Positions 49,445 to 58,141 of a DNA stretch of 59,675 nucleotides are shown piece by piece. The notes beneath the pieces were generated by a model, which was given only the letters and a program-made list of their open reading frames with translations, had not been told where the DNA came from and did no database searches. The position numbers were made by a program, and so were the translations under genes. The stretch covers positions 1-59,675 of IMG/VR virus record IMGVR_UViG_3300022752_005293; one strand, 5' to 3'. Each line of letters begins with the position of its first letter. The stretch's first letter is position 1. This DNA is from a virus. Its lineage: Duplodnaviria > Caudoviricetes.

Positions 49445-50390
49445 AGTTGTGTATGTTACGGGATGCCTAGGATTTATAGGGTATCACGTTACTAAAAAAT
49501 GTTTAGAAAAAGGTTATTATGTCTTTGGTATAGATAAATGCACGTATGCTTCTAATATTAATCTACTTAATGATCTAAAACAATATGGCAATCAATTTAG
49601 ATTTGAAGTACTAGATATTAATGACATTACTAGATTATATGATTGTGATTATGTAATAAATACTGCCGCAGAAACACATGTAGATAATAGTATAGAGAGC
49701 TCAGATGTGTTTCTTAAAAGTAATGTAAACGGTGTCCATAGATTACTTGAATTAATCAAATCTAAACCCAAATCAATACGACCTATTTTATTACACTTTA
49801 GTACAGATGAAGTATATGGTGATCTAGAACTAGGATCGCATACCGAAAAGGATTTGCTATTACCGAGCAATCCGTATTCTGCTACTAAGGCTGCTGCAGA
49901 TATGTTAATTATGGCATGGGCCAGAACTTATCAGATTCCATATATTATAGTTAGGCCAACAAACAATTACGGTATCGGACAGTATGTAGAAAAGTTTATA
50001 CCAAAGGCAATTAAGAATTTGAGCCTCGGCAAAAAAATAGTGATGCATGATAAAGGATTACCTAAAAGAACTTGGCTTCATGTTTCCGATACGGCAGAAG
50101 CTATAATAACTATTATACATAAAAATGTAGTTAATGAAATTTATAATATTTCTGGCAATACAGAAAGACAAAATATAGATGTTGCTCAGAATTTACTTAA
50201 TATTTTTTATCAAAAACAATCTTATACACTAAATGATAATTTTGATTTTTCCGAAGTAAGACCCGGGCAGGACGTAAGATATTCAATAGATGATAAAAAA
50301 TTGAAAGAATTGGGATGGGAACCAAAAGCTAATTTTAACGAAGAATTAAAAACAATTGTTCAATGGTATAAAGAGAGATTTATTTGGTAA
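49437..50390 (+). CDS. rmlB: dTDP-glucose 4,6-dehydratase
   Basis: VTGCLGFIG, AAETHVDNSI, HFSTDEVYG, PSNPYSATKAAAD, TNNYG, RPGQDVRY. Confidence 0.9.
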   Translation: MNKVVYVTGCLGFIGYHVTKKCLEKGYYVFGIDKCTYASNINLLNDLKQYGNQFRFEVLDINDITRLYDCDYVINTAAETHVDNSIESSDVFLKSNVNGVHRLLELIKSKPKSIRPILLHFSTDEVYGDLELGSHTEKDLLLPSNPYSATKAAADMLIMAWARTYQIPYIIVRPTNNYGIGQYVEKFIPKAIKNLSLGKKIVMHDKGLPKRTWLHVSDTAEAIITIIHKNVVNEIYNISGNTERQNIDVAQNLLNIFYQKQSYTLNDNFDFSEVRPGQDVRYSIDDKKLKELGWEPKANFNEELKTIVQWYKERFIW

Positions 50391-51085
50391 TGAATAAAAT
50401 ATTTTCAACTAGTGTTTATGGCAATAATCCTAGATATATTATCGGCGCACATAGACAATATGAGCTTGCAAAAAAATATTATTCTGATTGGGAATTTAGA
50501 TTATATGTGGATAATAAATCTAATTATACTGATCTTAAAGATGCTAATATTATAGAAGTACCGGATTCTAGTCATGGTGTTTTCTGGAGATTTCTTCCTC
50601 TTTTCGAGAATGAAGAAAATATAACTATAGTTAGAGATGCTGACGGCAGGATTACTCTAAGAGAACAAATGGCGGTAAGTGAATGGATGGATTCTTATAA
50701 AATTTTTCACATTTATAGAGACCATGAGGCTCATTATCAATTTCCTATTGTAGCATGCGCATTTGGTCTTAAAGGTAAATTGCCCAATGAATTATTGGAA
50801 GTAATGAAGTATTTTATGTTTAATACAAATTACTATACTAATGATCAGGTATATCTTAGAGATTATATCTATCCTTTTATTCAAAATAATGTTATGATAC
50901 ACAGTATGTATCGGGGCTGGTTTGGAGAAACAAGAAATAGATTAAAAAATAGATATTCTTTTTGTGGCAATGGATATGATGAAAACGATATGCCCATATA
51001 TGCGGCATCTATGGCGGAAATGTCTAACGATCATATGTCTAGATTAACCGAGGCTGATAAATTTGATGAAGGTATTTTGAAATGA
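50390..51085 (+). CDS. Hypothetical glycosyltransferase-like protein
   Basis: SVYGNNPRY, FWRFLP, IVRDADGR (DxD), RDH..H, DQVYL. Confidence 0.55.
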   Translation: MNKIFSTSVYGNNPRYIIGAHRQYELAKKYYSDWEFRLYVDNKSNYTDLKDANIIEVPDSSHGVFWRFLPLFENEENITIVRDADGRITLREQMAVSEWMDSYKIFHIYRDHEAHYQFPIVACAFGLKGKLPNELLEVMKYFMFNTNYYTNDQVYLRDYIYPFIQNNVMIHSMYRGWFGETRNRLKNRYSFCGNGYDENDMPIYAASMAEMSNDHMSRLTEADKFDEGILK

Positions 51086-51891
51086 AAACGTATTTTATAT
51101 TACCCATCTTTAATAAAGAAGATCTAATACATGATGTTCTAGAAGGCATTGTCAATAGTGTATCAGGTGAGTATAAAGTAATTACTATCTTAGATGGTTG
51201 TATTGATAAAAGCGAATCCATTCTTTTAGAGTTTATAGACAAAAATAATTTAAAGGATAAATTTGATATTCTTTTAATGCATGATGTGCATGAAATAACT
51301 TGCCTTAATTATGGACTAACACATATAAAACTATTACGCCCCGAACCCGAAGATATTGTTATTACTGTACAAGATGATGTTGTAATACAAGAAAAAAATT
51401 TGGATACTTATCTATTTAGTGTTTGGAATACTATACCTGAGTTGGGATATCTTTCTTTAAGACTAGGTTGTGATATTAATTCAAACAACCAAACCATCTT
51501 AGAAAGCAACTTTGTTGAATCTGAATTTGGTCATTGGAAACAAATAGGTAGAACAGATTTTCAAATATTGAATCATTATGATTTCGAAGAAACAGAAGTT
51601 GCTATTAGAAGTCCTGCAGTAACAAAATGGAAAAGACACATGGAGATTGGATTTTACGATTCAGCTTTAGCCCCATGTGGTTTTGATTGCCATGATTTTA
51701 GTATCAGAATGAAGGAAAATGGATATAAAAATGGCGTATTATCTATATCGTTTAAAAGCGATGTAGATTGGGGATCCATGAGATCTAAACCAATGACAAA
51801 AGTTAATTCGATATATGGTAGAGTATATGAAGTAAACAAACAATACTTAGCGAATAAACATAAAAAATATTTTGAGAAAAAGAATGTCTAA
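51082..51891 (+). CDS. GT2-family glycosyltransferase
   Basis: ILPIFNKE, ILDGCIDKS, VQDD, GFDCHDFS. Confidence 0.75.
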   Translation: MKTYFILPIFNKEDLIHDVLEGIVNSVSGEYKVITILDGCIDKSESILLEFIDKNNLKDKFDILLMHDVHEITCLNYGLTHIKLLRPEPEDIVITVQDDVVIQEKNLDTYLFSVWNTIPELGYLSLRLGCDINSNNQTILESNFVESEFGHWKQIGRTDFQILNHYDFEETEVAIRSPAVTKWKRHMEIGFYDSALAPCGFDCHDFSIRMKENGYKNGVLSISFKSDVDWGSMRSKPMTKVNSIYGRVYEVNKQYLANKHKKYFEKKNV

Positions 51892-52594
51892 GGTAACTAT
51901 TATTACTGCTACTACCGGCTCTCAATTATTGAAACAAAATCTTCAGTCAGTTATAAATCAGACATATAAAAATGTTCAGCATCTTATAGTTGTCGATGGA
52001 CAACATCATAAAGAAAATGCATTAAAATACTTGGTAAAACAAGATGTTATAGTTTTGCCATATGCTACAGGTATTCAACAGTATAATGGGCATAGAATAT
52101 ATGGTGGATGCACATATTTTGCTGAGGGAGATTATATTATGTTTCTAGATGAGGACAATTGGCTTGAACCGAATCATGTAGAAAGTCTTATTGAAATATC
52201 AGATAAGAATTCTTTTTCATGTTCGTTGAGAAAAATAGTAAGTCAAGAGGGCAGTTATATTTGTAATGATGATTGCGAAAATTTAGGAAATTGGCAATCT
52301 GTTCTCGGTGATTATTTTGTTGATGTAAATTGTTTTTTTCTACCAAAACTATTGGCTTTACAACTCTCACCTTTATGGTACAAAAGAGCTAGACATTCTG
52401 ATGATCAACCTGAGGTGGATAGAGCATTGACTTCTGCTCTAAAAGATAATAATATTAGATGTAATGTTTCAGGCAAATATACTGTTAATTATAGAGTAGG
52501 TAATAGAAACGATTCAGTACAAGGTACATTTTTTCTTCGAGGAAATGAATTAATGAAGCAAAAATATGATGGGGTATATCCGTGGCGAAAATAG
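51884..52594 (+). CDS. GT2-family glycosyltransferase
   Basis: VTIITATTG, SVINQTY, HLIVVDG, MFLDEDNWLEPNHVESL. Confidence 0.8.
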   Translation: MSKVTIITATTGSQLLKQNLQSVINQTYKNVQHLIVVDGQHHKENALKYLVKQDVIVLPYATGIQQYNGHRIYGGCTYFAEGDYIMFLDEDNWLEPNHVESLIEISDKNSFSCSLRKIVSQEGSYICNDDCENLGNWQSVLGDYFVDVNCFFLPKLLALQLSPLWYKRARHSDDQPEVDRALTSALKDNNIRCNVSGKYTVNYRVGNRNDSVQGTFFLRGNELMKQKYDGVYPWRK

Positions 52595-52893
52595 AATACA
52601 AGTATAATGAAAAGTCTTTACTTAAAGAATTGCAAGATTACATCGACGAAACCTATTCACAACATTATTCCCAAGGAAAAATTCAAACTACAGAATTTAT
52701 AATTGATATGGGTGATGGTATACCACACACCAGAGGAAATATAATTAAGTATGCCCAAAGATATGGCAAAAAAGAAGGAAGAAATAGGAAAGATATACTA
52801 AAGGTGTTACACTATGCTTTAATTATGCTGTATGTGCATGATTTAGAAACAAGTAGTAAAGAGGTAATAGAAACAATTTATCATCCTGTATGA
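52582..52893 (+). CDS. DUF3310/SaV-like small conserved phage protein
   Basis: YIDETYSQHY, GNIIKYAQRYGKK, DILKVLHYA. Confidence 0.75.
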   Translation: MAKIEYKYNEKSLLKELQDYIDETYSQHYSQGKIQTTEFIIDMGDGIPHTRGNIIKYAQRYGKKEGRNRKDILKVLHYALIMLYVHDLETSSKEVIETIYHPV

Positions 52894-52900
52894 GGTTATT

Positions 52901-53557
52901 ATGCAAATAAGTAAAGAAACAATTGAAGTTTTGAAAAATTTTGCAAGTATTAATAGTAATATTCTTATTCGCAAGGGAAAAAATCTTGCTACTATTAGTA
53001 CGGCAAAAAATATTTTTGCCAAAGCCAATGTAGCTGAAGATTTTCCTATAGAAGTTCCAATATATGATTTAAATTCCTTATTGGCATTATTAACTTTAAT
53101 GGAAAATCAAAATGTAGAATTTGGGGATAAATCTTTAACTATTTCCAAAGATGGCGGAAAATTTGAATATTTTTATTCTAATGCAGGTGTAATAGTAGCA
53201 GCACCAGATAAATCAATTGAATTAGATAATCATTTTCAGTTTAAATTAACGGCTGAGGATGTTCAAATGATTATAAAGGCTGCAGCAATCACATCCGCTC
53301 CCACAATTTCAGTAACTTGTAAGCATCAACAAGTAGTACTTACTATTGGTGACAAGAAAAATGATACTGCTAATACTTATAAGAAAACTATTGGACCTGG
53401 GCTAGAAGATTTTGAATGTCATATGGCAGTGGAAAATTTTAAGATTATACCTGATGCTTATACTGTAACTATTTCTAAAAAGAAATTTATGCATTTTAAG
53501 CATGAAACAAAATCCGTTGAATATTTCATTGCAATGGAACCAGATTCGGTGGTGTAA
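52901..53557 (+). CDS. gp45: DNA polymerase sliding clamp gp45
   Basis: MQISKETIEVLKNFASINSNIL, IYDLNSLL, NFKIIPDAYTV, YFIAME. Confidence 0.94.
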   Translation: MQISKETIEVLKNFASINSNILIRKGKNLATISTAKNIFAKANVAEDFPIEVPIYDLNSLLALLTLMENQNVEFGDKSLTISKDGGKFEYFYSNAGVIVAAPDKSIELDNHFQFKLTAEDVQMIIKAAAITSAPTISVTCKHQQVVLTIGDKKNDTANTYKKTIGPGLEDFECHMAVENFKIIPDAYTVTISKKKFMHFKHETKSVEYFIAMEPDSVV

Positions 53558-54315
53558 TGTTCACTGAAAATAATGATAATTCTATAATGATAGCTACGCC
53601 CATGTATAATGGGCAATGTTATTTTGGCTATGTAAGTAGCCTAATTCAAAATGTTATAGATCTTCGAACTAATAACGTTGGTGCTTATTGGATGTTTATT
53701 CCCAATGAAAGCCTTATTACTAGGGGAAGAAATTATGCAGTAAATTATTTTTTGAAATCTGAATGTACTCACTTAATGTTTATAGATTCAGATATTATAT
53801 TTCCTCCCAATAGTATTAGACAATTGCTTTATGCGGATAAGGATATCATTTGTGCACCTTATCCAAAAAAATTTATTGATTGGGAAAATATTAATAACAT
53901 TGTAAAACATAACAAAGATAAAGATTTGCCTGATTTACGTAAATTTGGCGCGTCATATGTTATAAATTACATAGATAACAATAATCCTCCTATACCTGAC
54001 GAAAAAGGTATTGTGGAAGTAGCGCATTCCGGTACAGGATTTATGCTTATTAAAAGAAAAGTATTTGAAGATCTAGAATCAAGTATGGGAAGAGCCCGCG
54101 CTTCAAATTTTGGAAGATTTAATGAATGGTATACTGAATTCTTTAAAACAGTTATAGGACATGATGGTGTTTTTTATTCTGAAGATTGGTTTTTTTGTGA
54201 GGAATATAGAAAATTGGGAGGCAAGGTGCATTTGATACCAAGTATCAAATTAGATCACATAGGTAATTATATTTATTCTGGGGATATTTTAGCTACCGGT
54301 GCTAATGTAACTTAA
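53557..54315 (+). CDS. GT-A fold glycosyltransferase-like protein (paralogue of 15903..16784)
   Basis: IMIATPMYNG, NESLITRGRN, LMFIDSDI, TGFMLIKR, YSEDWFFC. Confidence 0.7.
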   Translation: MFTENNDNSIMIATPMYNGQCYFGYVSSLIQNVIDLRTNNVGAYWMFIPNESLITRGRNYAVNYFLKSECTHLMFIDSDIIFPPNSIRQLLYADKDIICAPYPKKFIDWENINNIVKHNKDKDLPDLRKFGASYVINYIDNNNPPIPDEKGIVEVAHSGTGFMLIKRKVFEDLESSMGRARASNFGRFNEWYTEFFKTVIGHDGVFYSEDWFFCEEYRKLGGKVHLIPSIKLDHIGNYIYSGDILATGANVT

Positions 54316-54331
54316 TTATTTTGGGGTTATT

Positions 54332-55273
54332 ATGGAAGTTCGTGAAGATCAATTTTTGTGGGTTGAAAGATATCGTCCTCGTAAATTAACTGATTGTATT
54401 TTGCCCGCTGATCAGAAAAAAATTTTTGAGGAAATGATAAGTAAAGGTGAGATTCAAAATATGTTATTGTGTGGTTCAGCTGGTGTAGGCAAAACCACTG
54501 TAGCTAGGGCATTATGTGAGGAATTAGAAACAGATTATATAGTAATTAATGGTTCAGAAGAATCTGGAATTGATATTCTTAGAACTAAGATCAAACAGTT
54601 TGCATCCACAGTATCATTCAGTGGCAAAACAAAAGTTGTAATTTTAGATGAAGCAGATTATCTAAATCCCAATTCTACTCAACCTGCATTAAGAGCCTTT
54701 ATAGAGGAGTTCTCGGCTAATTGCAGATTTATTTTTACTTGTAACTTTAAAAATAGAATTATTCCTCCTCTTCATTCTAGATGTACTGTTATTGAATTTA
54801 AACTAGCAAAAGATGATAAGCCAAAGCTAGCTGCCAAGTTCTTTAAAAGAGTAAACGAAATTCTAAAACTAGAACAGATTGAATTTGATTCTAAAGTTGT
54901 AGCAAAAGTTATCGAGAAGCATTTTCCAGATTATCGTCGTATTTTAAATGAAATACAGCGTTATTCAGTATCTGGAAAAATTGATGAGGGCATTTTAGTT
55001 AATATGAGTGAAGCCAATATGGCTGATCTTTTTGCTTCTCTTAAAGACAAAGACTGGAAAAGAATGCGAAATTGGGTTGTAAATAATCTTGATAATGATC
55101 CTACAACAGTTATAAGAAAAGTATACGATAATTTAACAGATCAAGTTGTTCAAGTGCCTCAATTAATACTAATATTGGCAGATTATCAATATAAAAGTGC
55201 TTTTTGTGCTGATCAAGAAATAAATTTAGTAGCATGTCTTACTGAAATAATGGCATCTGTAGAATTTAAATGA
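54332..55273 (+). CDS. gp44: Clamp loader large subunit gp44
   Basis: LWVERYRP, GSAGVGKTT, VILDEAD, FIFTCN, PLHSRC, FPDYRR. Confidence 0.96.
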   Translation: MEVREDQFLWVERYRPRKLTDCILPADQKKIFEEMISKGEIQNMLLCGSAGVGKTTVARALCEELETDYIVINGSEESGIDILRTKIKQFASTVSFSGKTKVVILDEADYLNPNSTQPALRAFIEEFSANCRFIFTCNFKNRIIPPLHSRCTVIEFKLAKDDKPKLAAKFFKRVNEILKLEQIEFDSKVVAKVIEKHFPDYRRILNEIQRYSVSGKIDEGILVNMSEANMADLFASLKDKDWKRMRNWVVNNLDNDPTTVIRKVYDNLTDQVVQVPQLILILADYQYKSAFCADQEINLVACLTEIMASVEFK

Positions 55274-55539
55274 AGCTTCGTGTTGCAGGAATAAATTATA
55301 GTATAGAATATGTATCCTCAGAAGATTTAAATGGATTACTTGGTATAGCAGATTTTAATAATCAAAAAATTAAAATTAATAACAATGCTACAGAATCAAC
55401 ACAACATATAGCAATTATTCATGAAATAATTCATATTTTAGATAGATCGTATAATATCAAATTGACTGAGGATCAAGTTATTTATCTTGCACAAGCTATT
55501 GTAGCTTTGGTAAACGAAAATCCGGAGTTTAAAATATGA
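55270..55539 (+). CDS. Small HExxH zincin-like hypothetical protein
   Basis: IIHEIIH motif followed by TEDQV; ATGA-coupled. Confidence 0.6.
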   Translation: MKLRVAGINYSIEYVSSEDLNGLLGIADFNNQKIKINNNATESTQHIAIIHEIIHILDRSYNIKLTEDQVIYLAQAIVALVNENPEFKI

Positions 55540-56021
55540 TAAAGCCTACAAGAAATAACACATATTCTATACAAGAAAATAAATTATTTGGAGATCCGGT
55601 AGTTAAATATGTGGAAGAAAAATATGATACACCCAAAATTTCACCTTTTGATTTTATAAATGCTATTCATCACACTAAAGAAAATTTAATAGTTGATGAT
55701 TGGTCTGAGAAACAATACAATTCTTTTATTGTAAACAGAGGATTATCGTACGGACAAGATACGATTATACCTGCAAATGAAATGAATTCTAGACCACACT
55801 TGGATAAATTACTTCAATTTTCATTTTTAATAAATATTATTGGATCTAAAAAAAGATTCAATAAATGGTTAAAAGCTGATAAAATTGAAGCGATAGATAT
55901 TGTTCGAGAATACTATGGATATAGCAAAGAAAAAGCTCGTCAAGTACTTCCGCTTCTTAGTGATGAACAAATTGAAACAATAAAAACAAGAATGTATAAA
56001 GGTGGCAGAAATGGCGGATGA
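55536..56021 (+). CDS. gp62: Clamp loader small subunit gp62
   Basis: SPFDFINAI, YNSFIVNRGLS, ANEMN, EYYGYSKEKA, KGG end. Confidence 0.92.
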   Translation: MIKPTRNNTYSIQENKLFGDPVVKYVEEKYDTPKISPFDFINAIHHTKENLIVDDWSEKQYNSFIVNRGLSYGQDTIIPANEMNSRPHLDKLLQFSFLINIIGSKKRFNKWLKADKIEAIDIVREYYGYSKEKARQVLPLLSDEQIETIKTRMYKGGRNGG

Positions 56022-56439
56022 TTTATTTCATATAGATTTCCCTGGATACTCACCATTAGAAGTATCTCTTACACATCCTGACGATTTTTTAAAGGTCAGA
56101 GAAACATTAACTAGAATCGGAGTTGCGTCTAGAAAAGATAAGGTGCTGTATCAGTCTTGTCACATACTTCATAAACAGGGCAGATATTTTATAGTTCATT
56201 TTAAAGAATTATTTGCATTAGATGGAAAACAAGCAGACCTTACTGATAATGATTTGCAACGTAGAAATACTATTGCCAAATTATTGGTAGATTGGGGATT
56301 AATAAAAATTTTAGAACCTAATTTATGTAATGATATAGCTCCTTTATCTCAAATTAAAATAATTGCTTTTAAGGATAAAGATGATTGGGATCTACAAACT
56401 AAATACAATATTGGAAAGAAAAAACAATCTCAGATATAA
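56011..56439 (+). CDS. regA: Translational repressor RegA
   Basis: DDFLKVRETLTRIGVASR, LYQSCHILHKQGRYFIVHFKELFALDG, KYNIG. Confidence 0.97.
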   Translation: MADDLFHIDFPGYSPLEVSLTHPDDFLKVRETLTRIGVASRKDKVLYQSCHILHKQGRYFIVHFKELFALDGKQADLTDNDLQRRNTIAKLLVDWGLIKILEPNLCNDIAPLSQIKIIAFKDKDDWDLQTKYNIGKKKQSQI

Positions 56440-56442
56440 ATA
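56435..56442 (+). promoter_or_regulatory. T4-type late promoter upstream of hsp20 leader
   Basis: TATAAATA overlapping regA stop. Confidence 0.7.
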
Positions 56443-56456
56443 ATATGTAGTTATAA

Positions 56457-56523
56457 ACTAGCATGCCAGTGAAGGCTAGTAAAATATTCACTGGTGCTAA
56501 TGCCATATGGGTTAGCATTTTTT
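56457..56523 (+). ncRNA. Candidate structured RNA (H-type pseudoknot plus hairpin) in hsp20 leader
   Basis: ACTAGC/GCTAGT and CCAGTGAA/TTCACTGG interleaved stems, then TGCTAA/TTAGCA hairpin and T6. Confidence 0.55.
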
Positions 56524-56547
56524 AAACTCGCTAAATAGGAGAATTAA

Positions 56548-57039
56548 ATGACATTACTTACTTTAAAAAACGCACCTTTTGATATGATGTTTAAAGACAT
56601 GGATAAGTTTTTAGTTGGATTTGATGAAACTTATAATCGCATGGCTAAATTTCATGATGATTTGACCAAAAATATTCCTAACTATCCTCCATATAATATT
56701 CGTAAGGTTGAAGATAATAGATATGTTATTGAACTGGCGGTCGCTGGTTTCGGAAAATCTGATATTGAGATTTCTATTGAGGATAATAAACTAATTATTT
56801 CTGGTAATGCAAAAGAAGATAATGATAATTTCTTATATAAAGGTATTGCTAATAGAGCATTTACTCGTACATTCTTACTTAATGATCATATAGAAATTAA
56901 TCATGCTGCTATGATAAACGGTATGCTTAAAATTGCTTTAGAAAAAATAATTCCGGAGCATAAGAAGCCTAAAAAAATTGAAGTTAAAGACGGTGATGCT
57001 AAAATTAGTAAAAAAACATTTTTAACAGAGGATGAGTAA
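56548..57039 (+). CDS. hsp20: Small heat-shock protein (Hsp20/IbpA-like)
   Basis: NYPPYNI, IELAVAGF, YKGIANRAFTRTF, NGMLKI, IPEHKKPKKI. Confidence 0.95.
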   Translation: MTLLTLKNAPFDMMFKDMDKFLVGFDETYNRMAKFHDDLTKNIPNYPPYNIRKVEDNRYVIELAVAGFGKSDIEISIEDNKLIISGNAKEDNDNFLYKGIANRAFTRTFLLNDHIEINHAAMINGMLKIALEKIIPEHKKPKKIEVKDGDAKISKKTFLTEDE

Positions 57040-57185
57040 TGCATTCTTTAATTCATATCTTTTTGGATTGGTTAGAGAACAAGTTACATATACCTAACTT
57101 TGCTGAAACTTATCTATCACAAAGTATAGATAGGGCTGATTTTAGTCATAGAGAAAAAATACTTCAACAAAAAGGATTACTATGA
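57039..57185 (+). CDS. Small protein, DUF3563-like (48 aa), missing from the ORF track
   Basis: ATG overlaps hsp20 stop; ETYLSQSIDRADFSHREKILQQKGLL. Confidence 0.55.
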   Translation: MHSLIHIFLDWLENKLHIPNFAETYLSQSIDRADFSHREKILQQKGLL

Positions 57186-57286
57186 AATTTTTAAAAATAA
57201 TTTGGAAATTTCTAGAAGCTATGACTGAAGGACGTAGAATGCGAGTTGATCGTGAAGTTCAAAAATATATTCGCAATATTAGATAA
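57182..57286 (+). CDS. Small hypothetical protein (34 aa)
   Basis: ATGA-coupled; MKFLKIIWKFLEAMTEGRRMRVDREVQKYIRNIR. Confidence 0.45.
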   Translation: MKFLKIIWKFLEAMTEGRRMRVDREVQKYIRNIR

Positions 57287-57449
57287 TTTTAGTAGCTTTG
57301 ATACTATTAATCTGGGGAATTGGTTTGTAAAAATTAGTTCCCTGGATAATCAAATCTTGATTCATACTATTAATATAGTAAGCTTAGAATACGAATTGAA
57401 AATATTTTTAGATGAAAAAGAGGCATTTAATTATTTGGAGAATTTATGA
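57246..57449 (+). CDS. Hypothetical protein
   Basis: ORF track; stop overlaps next ATG; start uncertain. Confidence 0.5.
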   Translation: MIVKFKNIFAILDNFSSFDTINLGNWFVKISSLDNQILIHTINIVSLEYELKIFLDEKEAFNYLENL

Positions 57450-57724
57450 TTAAAGTTGTGAAGCTTGTAACCACTGAAGAAATTGTCGGTGATCTGACTG
57501 ACAAGGGGGAATTTTATTTAATAGAACAACCCTGTGCTGTAATTATTATTCCATCCCAATCAAGTTTGTCTGAGCATCGTATGGGATTAATGCCTTATGC
57601 GGGCTATACTAAAGGGCATCAAATCGAAGTTAAAAAAGATAAAATTGCTTGGGAAGCTGACCCAGCCGAAGAATTATATAATCAATACAATAAGGTATTT
57701 GGTTCAGGCATTCAACTTTTTTAG
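57446..57724 (+). CDS. Conserved small phage protein (possible Sm-like fold)
   Basis: MIKVVKLVTTEEIVG...LMPYA...EELYNQYNKVFGSGI; GGAG RBS. Confidence 0.7.
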   Translation: MIKVVKLVTTEEIVGDLTDKGEFYLIEQPCAVIIIPSQSSLSEHRMGLMPYAGYTKGHQIEVKKDKIAWEADPAEELYNQYNKVFGSGIQLF

Positions 57725-57727
57725 TTT

Positions 57728-58021
57728 ATGAAAAAGAATTTTAATGGTCCTGTAGTTTACTTGGATCCTAAAACATTGTTACCTACATGTAATCCTACAA
57801 TATGTAAAGATAAAATAAAAAGTTTTTATGAAATAAAGGAAACTAATTATAAATGGGTAGGTGGTCCAGTAAAACATAGATTTTATTATTCTATTTGTTC
57901 AGAATGTAATAGAAGAACTATTACTAATTTAGATAAAAAATTGACAGATCAATCTTACAAATCAGGAACTAGAAATCAAGGAATAGATCCTACATTAACT
58001 GAGGAAGAACTAAATGTATAA
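57728..58021 (+). CDS. Hypothetical protein with possible zinc ribbon
   Basis: CxxxxC and CSEC motifs. Confidence 0.55.
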   Translation: MKKNFNGPVVYLDPKTLLPTCNPTICKDKIKSFYEIKETNYKWVGGPVKHRFYYSICSECNRRTITNLDKKLTDQSYKSGTRNQGIDPTLTEEELNV

Positions 58022-58124
58022 AAGAAAAATTGATAAAAGAACAAGACAAGATGGCAGTAAAACTGCCACAATGAATAAACATACCAAACGATCTTTTAAG
58101 AAGTATAGGGGTCAAGGTAAATAA
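58014..58124 (+). CDS. Small basic protein (36 aa) ending KKYRGQGK, missing from the ORF track
   Basis: GAGG RBS; MYKRKIDKRTRQDGSKTATMNKHTKRSFKKYRGQGK. Confidence 0.55.
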   Translation: MYKRKIDKRTRQDGSKTATMNKHTKRSFKKYRGQGK

Positions 58125-58141
58125 TTTATCTTAATTAATGC

